Assembly (NCBI RefSeq): GCF_031769215.1
Contig: NW_026781877.1
Coordinates: 744,001-808,000 of the forward strand
Reading direction: 5' to 3'
DNA: 64,000 nt
From: Ylistrum balloti
Lineage: Eukaryota
The position numbers and the translations under genes are program-made. Below, in pieces: positions 62,356-64,000 of this stretch; position 1 is the first letter of the stretch; the number at the start of each line of letters is the position of its first letter. Below the pieces are notes generated by a model that saw only the letters and a list, made by a program, of their open reading frames with translations, made no database searches and had not been told where the DNA came from.

Positions 62356-64000
62356 AAAATAACAACTAATGAAGGTTAAAACACACCGTAAAAATATCAA
62401 GAAATAATTGTTTAAAAATACTTTGATAATGATAATAATGAAAACATGACGGGCGAAATCGGTTAAAGGATGATTTGGCATGTATCACCAAAAAATAATA
62501 TTAACAGAACGCTAACATAGCCGCCAAATTTCGGAAAGCAATCGCCTACACGAGTTTTTCCCCAACCTATGGTGTTTACATACATTTCTTATCCTGCAAC
62601 TGGCACCGCGATTGTCAGAATATACCTGCCACATAGATTTTTGCTGTATTCGGTAGTGACGGAAAACAGCCGTATTTTAAGCACGTGCGTAAATTCGACG
62701 GAATTACTTTCTAAATTTACTAAACAATTACGTTTAACAATATAAATGATTGTTAAAATAAGTGATTTTATATGTTGTCATTTCCAAGTTTATTTACGAA
62801 AATTCATAAAATCGCCGTCATATCCGTTGAAGCTTGGAGTTACATTTCTGCGAGGAGCAATTATTTTGGCGTACGTCAGTAGGCAAAATTCGGCGTAACG
62901 TCAACGACAGGTAAACAAAGAAAGAACAACAAAATGTTCAAGTTTCGATTGTCTGATTTTCAATCAGTGTTGCTGGATATCTGGCGAGGGTGAAGAATGA
63001 CAAAAGTGGCGTGCCTCTCAGGAACCACATTTGTCTTTCTGCCCCGAGCCAAAATGCAGCTTATAGTTTAAGATACTGACCATGTATTTTTTATGTATAG
63101 AAGATTATTCGATATTTTATGGCCTGTTTCCGTTATTGTCGTCATCCGACGGTTATAAAAAGGCAGGTCGATGAATATTATGGAGAAGTTTTACAGTCGT
63201 CATTGTGATCTCATTGAGAAATATTGTATTTCTTTGTATGAAATGAAGCTTGACATGTTCGATGCTCGTTAGCATATATATTGGTTCCCTTGTTGTATAC
63301 CTTGTTCTCATCTGAGAACGTACGTGACATTATACTTGAATTGACCAAGGTTTACATGCCAGGAGTCGACGAAGCAGAAGACGCTTACTATTCCGTAACA
63401 CCTGGTCTTATTTTCCTTGTTCTTTTTCAGTTGTCTCCATGTTAATCTTTATTTTGTTTTATTGACTTTGAGTTTGGATTATGATGATGTTGACATAATT
63501 GTATTTTTTGTTTTTGTAATAATTGAAATAGAGTAGGTGGAAACTAGCGTATGTCTCCTCCACATGTCGGAGAATATGAATACACTGGACCGTCATTTTG
63601 TCATAATTAGGTTTCTTCTCATTTCCTGTTTTGTGGATAGAGGTCTTGAACTGTTAAGGTTAAGTGGTAAGATAACGGTCAAATTCAAATTTTGTTCCGG
63701 TCAGCTTCTATTTCCAGGATTATGCCAAGAAATAGAACAAAATAAAAACCCATCACCAGCACTAAACAAGGACACACCAAAACAATATACACCACAAGGA
63801 ATGGCTATAGTTTGTTATCAGCATGTTTTACGGCACCAGTCACAAATCATGTTAGGAAAACTGTCAAAACATAAAACAGGTAATACAAAAACGAGAGAAC
63901 TAAACAACGATAAACACGGTTTTACACGGGTTTTAATTTCATAACTTGTCCTTGAACTTAACATTAAAAACCACGTGAAAGATAATGAAAAGACGCGCTG

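Noticed and set aside
63340-63944. Possible SINE/LINE-tail fragment and a 135-aa ORF
   Set aside because: Only a vague resemblance to mollusc interspersed repeats. The ORF starts at GTG and has no recognisable homology.
1-64000. CRISPR arrays, rRNA, intact tRNA or prokaryotic systems
   Set aside because: All arrays are contiguous tandem units without unique spacers, and the genes are spliced eukaryotic genes.

Overview
Eukaryotic (animal) genomic DNA, AT-rich and intron-rich, probably from a bivalve mollusc. That assignment is inferred from the repeat types, not proven. Four spliced genes can be reconstructed by eye. (1) The first coding exon of a transmembrane adenylate cyclase (minus strand, 14782-15393); its downstream exons were not found in the window. 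(2) A complete 3-exon core-1 beta-1,3-galactosyltransferase (C1GALT1; plus strand, 34083-40324, 597 aa) with an unusual ~250-aa Glu/Lys-rich C-terminal tail. (3) A complete 4-exon DCAKD (minus strand, 51494-48512, 225 aa). (4) RBM48 (plus strand, from 51761), head-to-head with DCAKD; its last exon is ambiguous. The window also holds eight large minisatellite arrays, a 5'-truncated L1/Tx1-type LINE with poly(A) tail and 16-bp target-site duplication, a TA-flanked MITE, a long-TIR foldback element, a Helentron/HINE-like element, SINE remnants and a 256-N gap. The most unusual observations are: a 63-bp satellite whose minus strand resembles a decayed Penelope-type minimal hammerhead ribozyme and ends in an inverted copy; a C1GALT1 intron built from tandem 3' splice-site units; the C1GALT1 acidic tail; and a uORF/alternative-acceptor arrangement at the adenylate cyclase start. 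No CRISPR, rRNA or intact tRNA gene was seen.
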